Below are positions 25,880 to 38,333 of a stretch of 64,000 nucleotides of DNA, in pieces. The translations under genes were made by a program, and so were the position numbers. Every line of letters starts with the position of its first letter. The stretch's first letter is position 1. Origin of the DNA: Oopsacas minuta (lineage: Eukaryota; Animalia; Porifera); NCBI GenBank assembly GCA_024704765.1, contig JAKMXF010000166.1, forward strand, positions 708,743-772,742, read 5' to 3'. The notes below the pieces were generated by a model. It was not told where the DNA came from and did no database searches. It saw only the letters and a list, made by a program, of their open reading frames with translations.

Positions 25880-26040
25880 CAATGTAGTTTGCTGAATGTT
25901 AGCAAAAAAAGAATACAAATAACACATCCCTTAATATAAATGCTTATTGTTTTTATCCAGAAATTGCTAGAATTGATATATATATATATTAGCAAAAAAG
26001 ATATTAATAAATTCCAAAACGCATTTAGAAGTATGAAGTA

Positions 26041-27383
26041 CAGGGTGTCCCATAATTATTGTCGTATCCTTCATCTTATGTTATTATTGCCATTAATTGA
26101 GAAAAGAAGACAATTATTTTCCAATATATCCTCCTTTCAATTGTATACATTTATCAATACGTGCTGGCATTCCAGCAACTAAATTTTCCAAGATCAATGG
26201 ATTAATGTCCCTCCAGCCACTTTTGAGATTTTCTGCTAACTGATTGAGGTTGGTTGAGGGTTTAATCTCATTCAACTTCTCCTGCAAAATACTCCATAGA
26301 TTTTCTATCGGATTTAAATCCGGTGAATTGCCAGGCCATTCCCCTTTGGCCCAGAAAGTGGGCATGTTGTTTTTGCACCATTCCTGTGTGCGACTGGCAG
26401 TGTGTACTGGTGCCCCGTCTTGCATAAATATGGCCCGAGACATGTTAGGCAGTAATTTCCTGGTCAGAATGCTGCCTGCCATTTTTGAACGACCCACCGC
26501 AAGTCGATAAGATTTCTTCAATATCTCTTCTACATAATATTGAGAGTTTACAGTCTGTTTAGGAGGAACGAAATGTAATTCTGAGAGGCCACGATAGCTC
26601 ATAATGGCCCAGACCATCACTTTTGGGGGGTTTTTGATAACTTCACGAGGTGGTACTTTGGAGCTGTCAGTGGACCAAACCCTATCATTTTGGGCGGAAC
26701 TGGGATGAAATAGTTCATATGGTGATTCATCACTCCATAGGACTCGTTTCCACTCATCCAAATTCTAATTTTCCCTTTCAATACAAAAATTTAGCCGGTT
26801 TTCCCTCTGTTTTTCAGTCAATTTGGGAATTTTGGGTCTTTTATAGGCAGTCGCTCCAATTGTTTCCTTTAAATAGCGGTGAACAGTCGATTTAGAGATA
26901 CCATAACCCTTTCGCTTGAGTTTTATCGCGATCTTTCTAGTGGATTGACGAATTTTGCCAAGAGATTTGGATATAACTATCTTCGCCTCCCTTGTGATCG
27001 TTTTTGGACGGCCAGCACTGACCTTATGTCCTAGATCTTGACCTCGTCCATATCGTGCCCACCAACGCTGTATCGTTCTGAGTGGTTTCTCTAAGGTCTT
27101 AGCAACATCTTTCTGCACCATCCCACCAATAATCATTCCGACTGCCCTGTTACGAAGAGTTTCTGAGGAATTTTTGACATTCATGATGAAATAATTACGC
27201 AAGTTGATGAAATACTCGATTGTAATAAATTCACTGGAGAAAATATAAGGTTCCAGATAAATTCTAATGATAATTCACACTAGTACTTGTATACGAAAAA
27301 GTATACAAATTGAAAGCAAACTGGAAATACAGTAAACGAAAATCTACAAGTATCGGATACGACAATAATTATGGGACACCCTG
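26041..27383 (-). mobile_element. Tc1-like DD37E transposon nested in RAG1L copy A
   Basis: Perfect 29-bp TIR CAGGGTGTCCCATAATTATTGTCGTATCC, TA TSD. Confidence 0.95.
26114..27202 (-). pseudogene. DD37E transposase with a single in-frame TAG (26765-26767)
   Basis: The two ORFs are in the same frame; WSDESPY; FMQDGAPVH-37aa-GNSPDLNPIE. Confidence 0.9.
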
Positions 27384-27899
27384 TACAAAAGGAAAAATTA
27401 TGAAAAATTGTGTATGACATCATTTGATAAAAATTATGAGTAATTTTGAAATTCTAACAGTTGTGTAATTGCTTCCATGGATATGATATACTATACCCAA
27501 AATAATACAATTTATAGGGCTAACATTGTTATAAAATCAGATATTAAAGAAAAACAAAATTCAGCATAAAGCTATGATGTCAAAACATGATATATAGTAA
27601 CCTTATAAAAATTTTGAATGCACCAAATGATTCCTAGCAAATGATAACCTATATGCTGATAATACATTATATATGTCTTTTTCAAATGAAAGTACCCATT
27701 CTTTAATAACTCCTATTTTAAGCCACTGTGATTTTGATGAGATACCAAATTGAACATGTTTAAATATACCTAGCAAGTAATGATTAACTTAGCTTAGCTT
27801 GCAAATCCAGGAATTTGCTAATCAGAAACTTCATATTCTCTTCAGTATTTGATACTAGACTAGGATTCATAGCTTGGGAGAGGAGTTGACCATGAGATG

Positions 27900-28230
27900 A
27901 GAAACCTTGCCTATTCGTAGTAGACTATGGGAATAGTAAACTGGGCATTAAAGGTAAAGTAGACGGTACCACACATTGTTCAGTCTCGATACTTGGGAAA
28001 GGCTTCTTAATAAGTGCCATCTCCATTGGGTACTCTATGAATGTACTGGATGTATCATTCTCTGTAATGCTTATAACACAAGTAGACAGACTTGAGATAA
28101 GCATCATCTTCCAGAAGGAGAGGCCGAAACAAGTGTCTGAGTTAATTAAGCTTGTGTGTCACCGAAAATAATGGCAATTCTTTGTCATAGTTGGATTCAC
28201 AACCGAGGGTAGAACAGCGACTGGGCATTG
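27900..28230 (-). pseudogene. THAP-domain remnant (P-element 5' end)
   Basis: CSTLGCESNYDK..VYLCYKH..VVPSTLP follows the THAP C2CH/AVP pattern, frameshifted. Confidence 0.55.
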
Positions 28231-29224
28231 TATATGCAGATAAACGTGTGTGGCTGGAAAATAAAAGTAGAAGATTGCAATTTCATAACAAATTTCAACA
28301 TTAATATATATATCAGAGGGAAACTATTCGCAATTTATGGGTTAATAAAAATGGTAAATACTTTCTTTTTCTTAATTAACTGTGCGACAAATTTAGAAAG
28401 TTGTTCTATCTTGGACACTATGTAGTGGCTTAAGTACTATCGACTATGGTGCGTCCGGATCTGAATTCTATTATACACCAACACGTCGCAAATTTATAGA
28501 ATTCAACTCCCAAAAATGGGAAAATGCCATAAATTACCAAAAGATTTCTACCTAAATAGGCAGTAGTCAATAAAAAATTGTGAGGATTTTTAAACTAGCC
28601 GTTATGTTGAATTAATTGATTACAAGTAATAGCTTTGGATTGGCTAAACCTCATATTAATATGGGATAATAAGATCTTTGTGATTTTTATCATTTTTGGT
28701 ATGTGTGATTCTAGATCCCGTTAGTAAAATGACCAATTTAACCTACGAAGCTCATTATGGTACATATTTCTCCAATCACTCTCTAGTTCAAAATTCTTCA
28801 CTGGTTTTACATGACTAGTAGATATTTGGTATGATACTTTTGCGAATTGTTATAATTTCCCATTTTGTAAGTTGAATTCGATAAAATCGTTACGTGATGG
28901 AGTATAATGGAATTCAGATTCGCATTCAGCATAGTGGATAGTACTTAAGGCAACAAATAGTGTTCAAGGAGCAGAGAAGTTCAAAATTTGTCAGACAGTG
29001 TAATTAGAATCTATGGGCTAATAACAACTGAAATTTCTAAGTTAAAAACAACCAAATTGATTCGTAAAATCGTTAAAACACAAATATAACCATATAGAAG
29101 TTACAACATGGGTGCATAAATCGACTTTTTGCGGAACATGCGACGGACTTTCCCCTTGAATGAGCCCTGATGTTGCAAAATTAATACATTTTACGTAAAG
29201 AATAACGAATACTCTATGGATGTA

Positions 29225-30538
29225 CTTAGGGCATTCAAAAAGTTCCCATCTCTGTTTAATATCTTGACACTACAACAACTTACTAATTAAATTTCTACGT
29301 AAAGCGTTCGAAATACTCCCCTCTACATCGATGCATAGTTGTATCCTTTCAACGCACCCCAATAATGTTCTTTAATACTCGTTTCTGTCTACTGAATTGA
29401 GGTAGTAGTAAACCCCCGTTTCCAAGCTCTTGCCGGCTATCAAATAGCCGTCCTCCGAGATGTTATTTCAGCTCAGGAAATAGCCAGAAATCACAAGGTG
29501 AAAGAGTTGGGGAATACGGAAGATGTGCGATCGTTTCAAACCCGATATCCTCAATGAATTCCCTAACGTATCTTGAAACATGAGGTCTGGCATTATCGTG
29601 GAGAAGTTTGATTCATCGAGTTCCTGTACGCGGACGTCGTGTTGTCTAGGTTCAGACATTTATCAGCGTAAAATTCTCCATTGAGTAGATTACCTTTAGG
29701 CACAGGTATTTGAGCAGCTGACCCATACGCATCACAAAATATGCTCTAGAGAAGCTTATTGTCTCGGGAGTCCGGATGTGCCTTTCCGGGGATAAGAACA
29801 CTTTTGGGAGCCACGATTTGCTATGTTCCATTCATAGAGGTTCAGAAAATTAATCCAAGTTTCGTCACCAGTGATGATTTCATATAACCTTCGAGAATCA
29901 CAATCCCTATATTCTTTAAGCTATTCTTTCGCTCATGAAACCTCTTCTCCTTTGCCCTCTTGTGAGGATTTTTGGTATCCATCGCGCTGAAATCTTTCGA
30001 TATTCGAGATAATCGTGTAGAATTGTATGAACATTTCCCGATGAGATGCCCAGGATTAGGGCAATCTCTTCAACGCTCAAATGGGGGTCAATATCCAAAA
30101 AGTTCCAGAATTTTAGAGGCAACTTCAGGGGTGGTAGCGGAAATTGATCCTCCGTCCGAGGGGCATCTTCAATGCTGTCTACGAGCCTCTAATTCACGTG
30201 TCCATACCTTTACAGTGGGATACGCTAGAGCTTCCCAATGATAAACGGTGACAAGATTCTCATGTATTTACAATGGTTGTTGCCGAGTACGGTACGAATC
30301 TTTACGAAAGCTCGTTTTTCATTTCGATTGATATGTGTTTTGAAGCCATGAAAAAGTTAACTCTCGAAAATAAGTAAATTGAAAGTAGGATAGATCAAGA
30401 TATATAATAGCTAGAGTTAATTGCTCAACAGCATTACATAGGTAATCGATAGGACAATTAGGATACACTATGCATATCATGTAATCGAGTAGAGTTTGGC
30501 TCTATAAACGAAGGATGAGAACTTTTGAATGCAGCAAG
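29225..30538 (-). mobile_element. Degenerate mariner transposon
   Basis: TIR CTT..GCATTCAAAA(A)GTTC.CATC, TA TSD; ILHDYLEYRKISARWIPKILT. Confidence 0.85.
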
Positions 30539-32763
30539 TATTTTTACACGGTGGAATGCTTGACATCATGTATATTATTCTTGTAGAAATTATAAAATAG
30601 ACTCTCAAATAATTTTCGTGAATCTAATTGGTTTACTATCAAAACTATTAGTAATGTCTACACAGCTTATGAGATAACTGTTGTTTTCAAAAAGTATGAA
30701 CAAATTTCATCACACAATACATGGTGTTTACCAATTTATCACAACATTTATTAATCAAAATGTATAGAACCATCTGGTTCAACATTTTGGAGTATATTCA
30801 GGAGTTTATGACATTTGTTTACCGCAAAAAATGGAGTTGTTGAGCGATACCTCAAGAAAAAATACATATGTTGGAATTCTATAAATGAAATAAGTCAACT
30901 GTAAGTGTTTCCAACGAGCGGCGGAGGTCATTAAAGTGCTATCCTCGGAAAGTTCCATCAAAGTATCTAAAAACAATCCCCCAATTCTAGAAGTACAAAA
31001 ACTTACGATGGAGACTTATCTCATAAATAAGGTGACTTACTTGTATAATATACTATACACAATGTTCTAGTATACACTTAAACACGTTATGGCAAAAATG
31101 AATCTGACTTTGAACGATTACTTCCAGGCTATAGGAAACAAAAATCACTTCGCTATAACGAAAATTTTGTTAAGTCGTGAGACGGATCCAGTAAAATTAA
31201 GGGTGCACAGAGCGAGCGAAGCAAAGCTTAGGGGGTTTGGGGATTTCCCAGAAAAGTTTTGAATCTTACCGAAAGAGAATATTATCTTTGAGTACAATAC
31301 AACTTCTCTAATAAGAAAAGCACTGACCAATTCGAAAGGACTTAGTTCGGGTTAGCGAAATGCATAGAAACAATAAAATATAATGAAGGAGTACATTTTT
31401 CGAAAGTTGTATTTACAAAGCTGTAAGCTTGATAATAGTAATATATTGGATTCGCCGCAGTCTTTTTCGAAATATTAGCACATTTTCCAGAGGTTGTATT
31501 ACCTTCAAGACATGTTCGAATTAGCGAGGGCCTACTGTATTACATGAAAATTCATATTATTTTGTGCATGATCTAAAAGCTACATATTTAATGTATGTTA
31601 AGACACATAAAAATCTAAGCTGATATTATGGGTTTCCAGGCCAAGGGGGTACCTGTACTTAGATATCATATATAGCTAACTTTAAGGTATATTGAAGATA
31701 GTACAAATTAAACTTTGAGCGATCAATATTAGCGAAGGATCAAATAAAATACTAATGTAATATTTCAAATTTAGGGGTTTCACATTACATTAACTCCTAC
31801 ATTGTTTTACGTTAACCAGGAGTGTATAATTATAAAAAATTCCAAATTAGTTGCAGCAAGTTGGAATATAGTAACTTGGCGCGGAACATTGATATCTTCG
31901 CTGCTTACTTACTTGGCATCAAAGATATACATATCAGTTATGTTGTTAGACATAAGTCTACAAGTCAAATTATTTTCAAATGATAAGCAATTTTAGATGC
32001 GGGAGGTAAATGTTTGTCCTTGCGTAAAGTGGCCGGCATGCGGCAAAGGATTGGGAACATATGCCCAAGAATAATGATCCAAAATGTATAAGCAATTGTG
32101 GGACCTTATGTATAGTAGGCTATGGTCTAGCTATATCAACTAAATAACATTAAACGAAGAAAGGTTGAGCTTGTTGGCGGCCGGAATATAACTTATCTAT
32201 TGCTGAAATCTGATTGTTACATGAAGTATTGCACTATTAGCTCATAATAAACATTCATTGTTGATTAACCGATGCCGACCGAAGTGATAAAATCGGAATG
32301 AAAAGGAACAATAAAGCTGTACCACTTCCCGGACTAATTCAGAGATTGTAGTAAGTTTTGACGTCATAAAATCACACATTTTTCTGTAGTATTCTATTAA
32401 TATAAACTGCATCACAGTGGCACGAGATGGCTAAACCTGGAAGTGGGTATTAGGGTACTAGAAAACGTATTAACTACACTATTGACATATGAGGAATCAT
32501 ACCCAAGGGATCGATTGAAGTGATTGAATTTTCAAGTCTTTGGATGTAAAAGTAACGACGTCATTGTCACAATTCAAAAATATTTAGATTTTTAACGAGT
32601 TATAATTAAACCAATTTGTGAGCTATATATTCAGAAATTGAATGTTTTATGTTTTGATCTTATTAACACTATTTAAGGTACATTTTAATCAACTTATGAA
32701 ACCACATTTCTTGTTGAAAATGACCTACAGTTCATTGAACTACAAAGTATAACTTATTTATAA

Positions 32764-35007
32764 CACAGGTCAACAAAATTTAACTTCATTTTCTCATCAA
32801 GTATTAGATTGACATTATCTAAGCTAGTTTTTTACGCTGAATTCAAATCTGCTTTCAGATTCTTTCCAGCACGTCCAGTATTTTTCCATCTACAAGTCAA
32901 CGATTTTTATGTATTTCCTAAATTTTTCCTGTTATTTTATGGTAGTGGCTGTCTTTGTGTCTTCTTACATGATAGCCATCTGAAATAAATCAACGTTTCG
33001 ATGTTTTAGATTAATGCCAAGATAATATCAGTTATTATCCTAGCTCTTACATATAATTATTCACATTCATGCATGTATCAACTACTCACAAACTAAGGAG
33101 AAATACATATCTATCTAGAAGCATAAAGGTAGCTAACTAAATTAAAAGTGTTGAGAGTACGACTTCCTTTTATATATCTTGTTGGGATTATCTCTGAAGA
33201 GCCTCCAACAGTAGTCGGACATCATGCCCTCATTCCAAAAACCTTGGTATCGGGTTTCCATCTCCTGTATGTCTTGGTGGAATCTCTCACCCTGTTCATC
33301 ACTTACAGCACCAAGGTTCTCAGGGAAAAGATCAAGGTGAGAGTGCAAGAAGTGAAGTTTCAGCGACATGCGACAGCCCATCTTCTCGTATGCGTTAAGC
33401 AAGGTTTCCACTCTTTCCCTGTAGTTGGACGACTTCTTGTTGCCCAAAAAGTTTTCACAAACCCATTTGAAAGAATTCCAAGCACTCATTTCTAATTTGG
33501 ATAATGTCTTCTCGAAATCTGGATCTCTGAATACTTGTCTGATTTGTGGTCCTACAAATACTCCCTTTTAACTTTGCCTCGCTTAGTTTCAGAAATTGTT
33601 TTAACGAATGTTTTCATTAATCCAAGTTTAATATGAAGTGGGGGTAAGAAAACTTTGTTAGGATCTACCAATGGCGAATGCTGTAAATTGGTTTTCGCCA
33701 CTTCATAGGTTCTCTTCGATCAATCACATTTTTTATAATCTTCACCAGTTGCTCGGCTGTCCCATAGACATAGGAAACAACAATACTTTGTAAAACCTTG
33801 TTGCAGCCCATCAATAGCCCAATTATCTTAAGATCACCGCAGATATTCTATATATGTGTTATATACTGTATTGCCTCTAAAACTTCCTGCAAATTGACGA
33901 AGGTTTCTTTGAGATAGACGAGTGAGCAATTGGAACGCCAGGCTTTAGATTTCCGTTATGCAACAGAACAGCTTTCAAACTGCGTTTTGACGAGTCGATG
34001 AAAAGGCGCCAATCAGAGGAACAATGTTCTTGTAATAGGTTTGCATAGAGTCCTTCGAAATCATTACAATCTCACAGTGGACCATCAGTGGTGTAGTATT
34101 GAGCGAGATCGAAATTTCTCTTGCGATAGTGGGATACTAGGGCATCTTTGTCGAGTAGGTTTTTCTGTTTGAGCCTGGATGCAAGGAGTTCAGCTTTGTC
34201 TTTAGATAAGTCTAGATCCCTGACCAGGTCATTCAATTCTCCCTGTGTAAATGTTTGTGACTCTAGTAATTCATCGTCCGGGTCATAATTAGCATCTGTA
34301 GAATCTGCATGAACATCTTCCACCATATCAGACCCGATTTTAATTTGCTGTGGCTTGGGAATTGGGATTGGTAATGAGATGTCGTGTGGAATTGGCCTGC
34401 GAGCAGAATCCAAGTCTGGATAAACAAGAGCGTGCTTATTCTAGGCTGAGAATCCTGTAATGTCGATAAGGCAAAAGTAACAATCATCAAGGTGATTTTT
34501 CTGTTCCCTCCAGACCATGGGTATTGCAAATGGCATTGAAACTTTCTTTTTGTTCAACCAATCACGTAGTCCACTTGAACAAGAAGTGCATATAACATGT
34601 GGTGCCCACGACTTGTCTTGGTCACCAAGTGGACATTCGAAGTACAATTTGTATAAGTTCTTTAATTGATTTGTGATTGGTCGTCTTTGTGATTTTACGC
34701 AAAAAAGACCACAAACGTAACAAAAATTGTCGGGATGAGTTTTACAACTACGATGCATGTTTATAATTTGATTTGCTTGAATTCAAATAAGTAAAGTCAT
34801 TTATATTCCAGATAATTGAATCAAAATAGGCATGCTCATATAGCAATTTAGTAACTAGGTAATACTATACTATTGAAAAAATGGATATTGGATTTCAGAA
34901 TAACTAGACGTGCTAGAGAAATTCTGATTGTAGATTCGAGTTCAGCATTCAAAAGTATACTAAGACAAATGTATGTGATCTCTGATGAGAAATCTTGTTG
35001 AGTTGTG
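32764..35007 (-). mobile_element. Chapaev3 (CMC superfamily) transposon nested in RAG1L copy B
   Basis: TIR CACA..TCAACAA.ATTT, 3-bp TSD TAA on both sides. Transposase pieces 33142-34758: HPDNFCYVCG, GDQDKSWAPHVICTSC, WREQKNHLDDCYFC, MSLKLHFLHSHLD..SDEQGERFHQDI. Confidence 0.92.
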
Positions 35008-35010
35008 TAA

Positions 35011-37091
35011 TTAGTGAATTCACCAAAATATCTTACAGCCCATTAATTCAGATAGATTTAGCTCCGAATCCTTTTTGGTATTATTACTTAATGAGGCTAA
35101 AATTGGATCACTTTGAGAGATAAGCCTGACGACCACATCTTTAACGTCGTCCTCAAAGCTAAATTTCCTTGAGAGCCTCTCACGGCATCGCCTGACCAAT
35201 CTATTGCAAGATTCAAGGCCTTCTTCAGACAAATCTTCCAAGCCAAACCCATCATTATGATCTGCAATTAGTTGTGGGCATGAGCTAGAAGTTTATGTAA
35301 AGTAGGGGTTACATGTGTCCATGAAAAAATGAATAAAATGGATTCGTAAGTCTCTCGGCATAGATTATCAAGGCCTTCAGTGTCCACTATCCTGTTGCTA
35401 TTATACAATTTGAAGATAGCACTCAAATTATTAAAGATTGTAGTGTCAACTTGATGTGTCTCGAGAGGAACAACCTTCAATATCCAATAGAGAAATCTTA
35501 TACAGTATCATCGCTACGTGTGAAGCATCTCCAAAAACATTTCCGGTTGTGGTGGTTCCTCCTTGGACTGATGGTGTGTCAATTGATATACTAAGTTTTT
35601 CTTCAATGAGGCTAGTAATAAATTTCTTTGCCCCAAGAATTATTGGCGAAGTTGGTGACTATTTTTGAATAGCACCACACTGTAAATGGCAAATCAATAA
35701 TAGGAAACAACTAAATGTTCTTAAATACGCATATAGAGGAGAAGCGGATATGATATCTTTTTCTGAGACGGTTTGTGTGTTAGATTGAATCTTTGATTTG
35801 TTGGCAAATGACAAAGTTCTTGCTCATCAACCTCGTCAAATACATCACGTGCATCATGGATAGTCCTATTTAAGGGAAAGCCATCTTGAACTATGCTAAT
35901 ATCGTGTATCAGTTTAAACGTTGCAGTACACATTTTGGCAATTAGCACCACCAGCACCGCTTAAGACATTTGCCATCTTTGTATCGAAATGAGATCTTAT
36001 GATCTTGACCACTGCATTGCCAGTGTGTGAACACAAACCACTCTCTTCAATAGTTGAAGTTTCGTTTTTGTTAATAAGTCCATTATAAACTTGGTAGTCT
36101 ATTCATTTTCTGGGAGGGCTAAGAGAGCAACCGGTCGAGTGCAAAATCGTGAATTCGGATGATGAGGTTACATAAGATATGATCATTTGCATTTATGATT
36201 GCGTTAACCTTGAAACCAAATTAAATGAAGGTTTTAGTCGAGAGGTCAGGGTTAGATATAGCTTGCTGGTAAACTCGATGACACTCAGATCCATCTAAGC
36301 CATCGGATACTCGAACTTTCAGCGGATAGACAAGGGTATCAGGACTTAAGTTAGATACAATTCGTTCAACTGTATGGGTGAGTAGTCTGGTGTAAGAAAT
36401 ACCTATTCCACATGGAAATTCTCTATGAATTACATGCACATCATCCAGCAAATGAATATCACCCGGATGTTTAGCTACACTATTGTAGCCTGGTAACTTG
36501 AGATCTTCAGATAATAACGCCGCAGTTCTAAATACTTAATTTCACCGATCTCAAGCGAATGAAAAGAAAGGCTGATTTATCAAGTAATAATTGTGGATTG
36601 ATAGGAGAAGAGTTTCCCTTCTCGGGTATCTCTTTACAAATATTGACACTATTCATGTACTGATCCTCATTGCAACAAAGTAGTAAGAGAAAAGTCTCAA
36701 AAGTCTTCGGAGATACATGCTTATTCTCAGCAACTGATTCGAGGTGAGACTTAAGGGCAGAGACTTGATTTCTCAAACCTTTGGTTGTTAAGTCAGAGAG
36801 CAATTTCTTTTTTGAAAGATTGAAGTCTTCTTCAAAGTTAAAGGTCAATGAAGAAGAGGCACTTAACCTAAGCTTCTTTGGCAGAGGACAAGAGTACATG
36901 GATTTTCAAGTATCAAGGTCCGAGTTTTTATGGAAAAAGGCTCTCTCTTTTTTGAATATCATTGATCTTCAGACGAAAGAAATTTGGTTGATCTCGATCA
37001 AAACTATGAGCTGAAATAAATTGATCTGCGATTGAACGAGTGCCAAGTAATTTATGCTCACAATAAACTGAAAAGCTTGAAGGTTGTTCAT
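35011..37091 (-). pseudogene. RAG1L: RAG1-like transposase, copy B
   Basis: KKLLSDLTTKGLRNQVSALKSHLESVAE (NBD-like); SDGLDGSECHRVYQQ; RSHFDTKM; MCTAT; QRFNLTHKP; VTPTLHKLLAHA; SEEGLESCNRLVRRCRERLSRK. Frameshifted. Confidence 0.9.
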
Positions 37092-37960
37092 TTTCTAGAT
37101 AAATACTATATTAATTGTTAACAATACTATTAATGTTTGTTTTATATGCCTATAAAAGAAATTCTAAAATCTAAGAATTAAGGAAATTTGATGAAACATT
37201 TTCTCACAGTATAAGATTTTTCATTTTTTAATGGAATCTTTGTAAATACAGGATGAGAATATTTATTTAACTTAATTTCAAGCTGAATTTTGTAAATTAC
37301 TTCACGTTTTCATTATATCCAGAAGTATTAAAAATAAAAGATAAATTCAAAGCTCAAGAGATTAAACTATACTGTGGCGAATTTTCGGGAACCTGGAAAT
37401 TGCTATATTTTATAGAATTAAAAATGGTATACTAAAAAACTCAGGGGATAACTTGACAGAACGAGACAAATGAAGTTTAGAGACTTCGAAGTTGAGTGAC
37501 GACAGAAAGATCTAACAGAAAAATTTATCAAAATATTAGATCTATTTTAAGGATTTATTATTGGAACTCCCTTATATAATCGCTATAATAAGATAGTAGT
37601 CGATAATGCAAAGGAATTAAGTCTTTGGAATGTATTAGTTGCTTAGATGCTGAAATTTAAGTTCAATGATATAAATGAATATCCACCGATTTCAAAGAAT
37701 GAGCAGGATATTGTCAATGCTTACATACATTCCAATTGTTGCTAAACTAAATGATGAATCGTTACAATTTTTTGATGTTTCAAGTAATTGGATATTTCTC
37801 TTTCCAATGAACATTAAATGGTCAATAAATATCGGATCGAAATTTTTACCAATTTCAAGGGGGTGCGCCACTGTGTGCAGAGACGAAGTCAATGCTACGT
37901 TTTGCCAAAGAAATTTAAAATGAAATCGGTGAACTTGTCAAAACCAGGTCTAAACTAACC

Positions 37961-38333
37961 CTGCATGCCAAAAATCAGTCCTGGGGGCGTCCAGTTTCTT
38001 CAATCAATTGTACATATACAAACATATATAAATATATATACATGTGCAGATTAATTGCATTGAAATGGTAGCGATGTATGAATATATTGAGATTCCTTAT
38101 ATATAGCTGAGCTATAGTTTAGTACAGTTTTCTGCGATAAAAAGTCCATACCCTCATTCGAAAAGTTGACTTTCAATAATTAAAACAAATGACCTTTCCT
38201 CGGACATAGAAAAGCTAATACACAAAAACTGTGTATTATAGCAGAGCTATACATAAGGTATTTGATATATGTTTGTATGTCCAGCATTGATTGAACAAAC
38301 TGGAGGACCAAAGGGCTGATTTTTACCATACAG
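37961..38333. mobile_element. Unclassified MITE with approx. 70-bp imperfect TIRs
   Basis: AAAAATCAG.CC..CCAGTTT.TTCAATCAAT..CATACAAACATATAT is inverted at both ends. TSD unresolved. Confidence 0.55.

Larger units (their letters stand above)
21681..27730 (+). mobile_element. RAG1-like transposon, copy A (about 3.4 kb once two nested Tc1/mariner elements are removed)
   Basis: 12-bp TIR CACAGTGGCTTA at both ends, starting with the RSS heptamer. Flanks ATTTG / ATTTT (4/5 TSD). Encloses the RAG1L pseudogene. Confidence 0.85.
32413..37875 (-). mobile_element. RAG1-like transposon, copy B (about 3.2 kb once the nested Chapaev3 is removed)
   Basis: Both ends CACAGTGGC; flanks TGCAT (32408-32412) / TGCAG (37876-37880), 4/5 TSD. 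Encloses the RAG1L pseudogene. Confidence 0.82.

Noticed and set aside
25880-27730. RAG2-like gene in the convergent position of copy A
   Set aside because: The space is filled by a Tc1-like element; the remaining approx. 0.5 kb has no kelch-like ORF.
28416-28440. TAGTGGCTTAAG resembling the copy-A TIR
   Set aside because: It lacks the CAC start, and no partner end or transposase is associated.
37371-37376. ACTGTG as the right end of RAG1L copy B
   Set aside because: Gives only CACAGTA and its flank GCGAA does not match TGCAT; 37875 gives CACAGTGGC with TGCAG.
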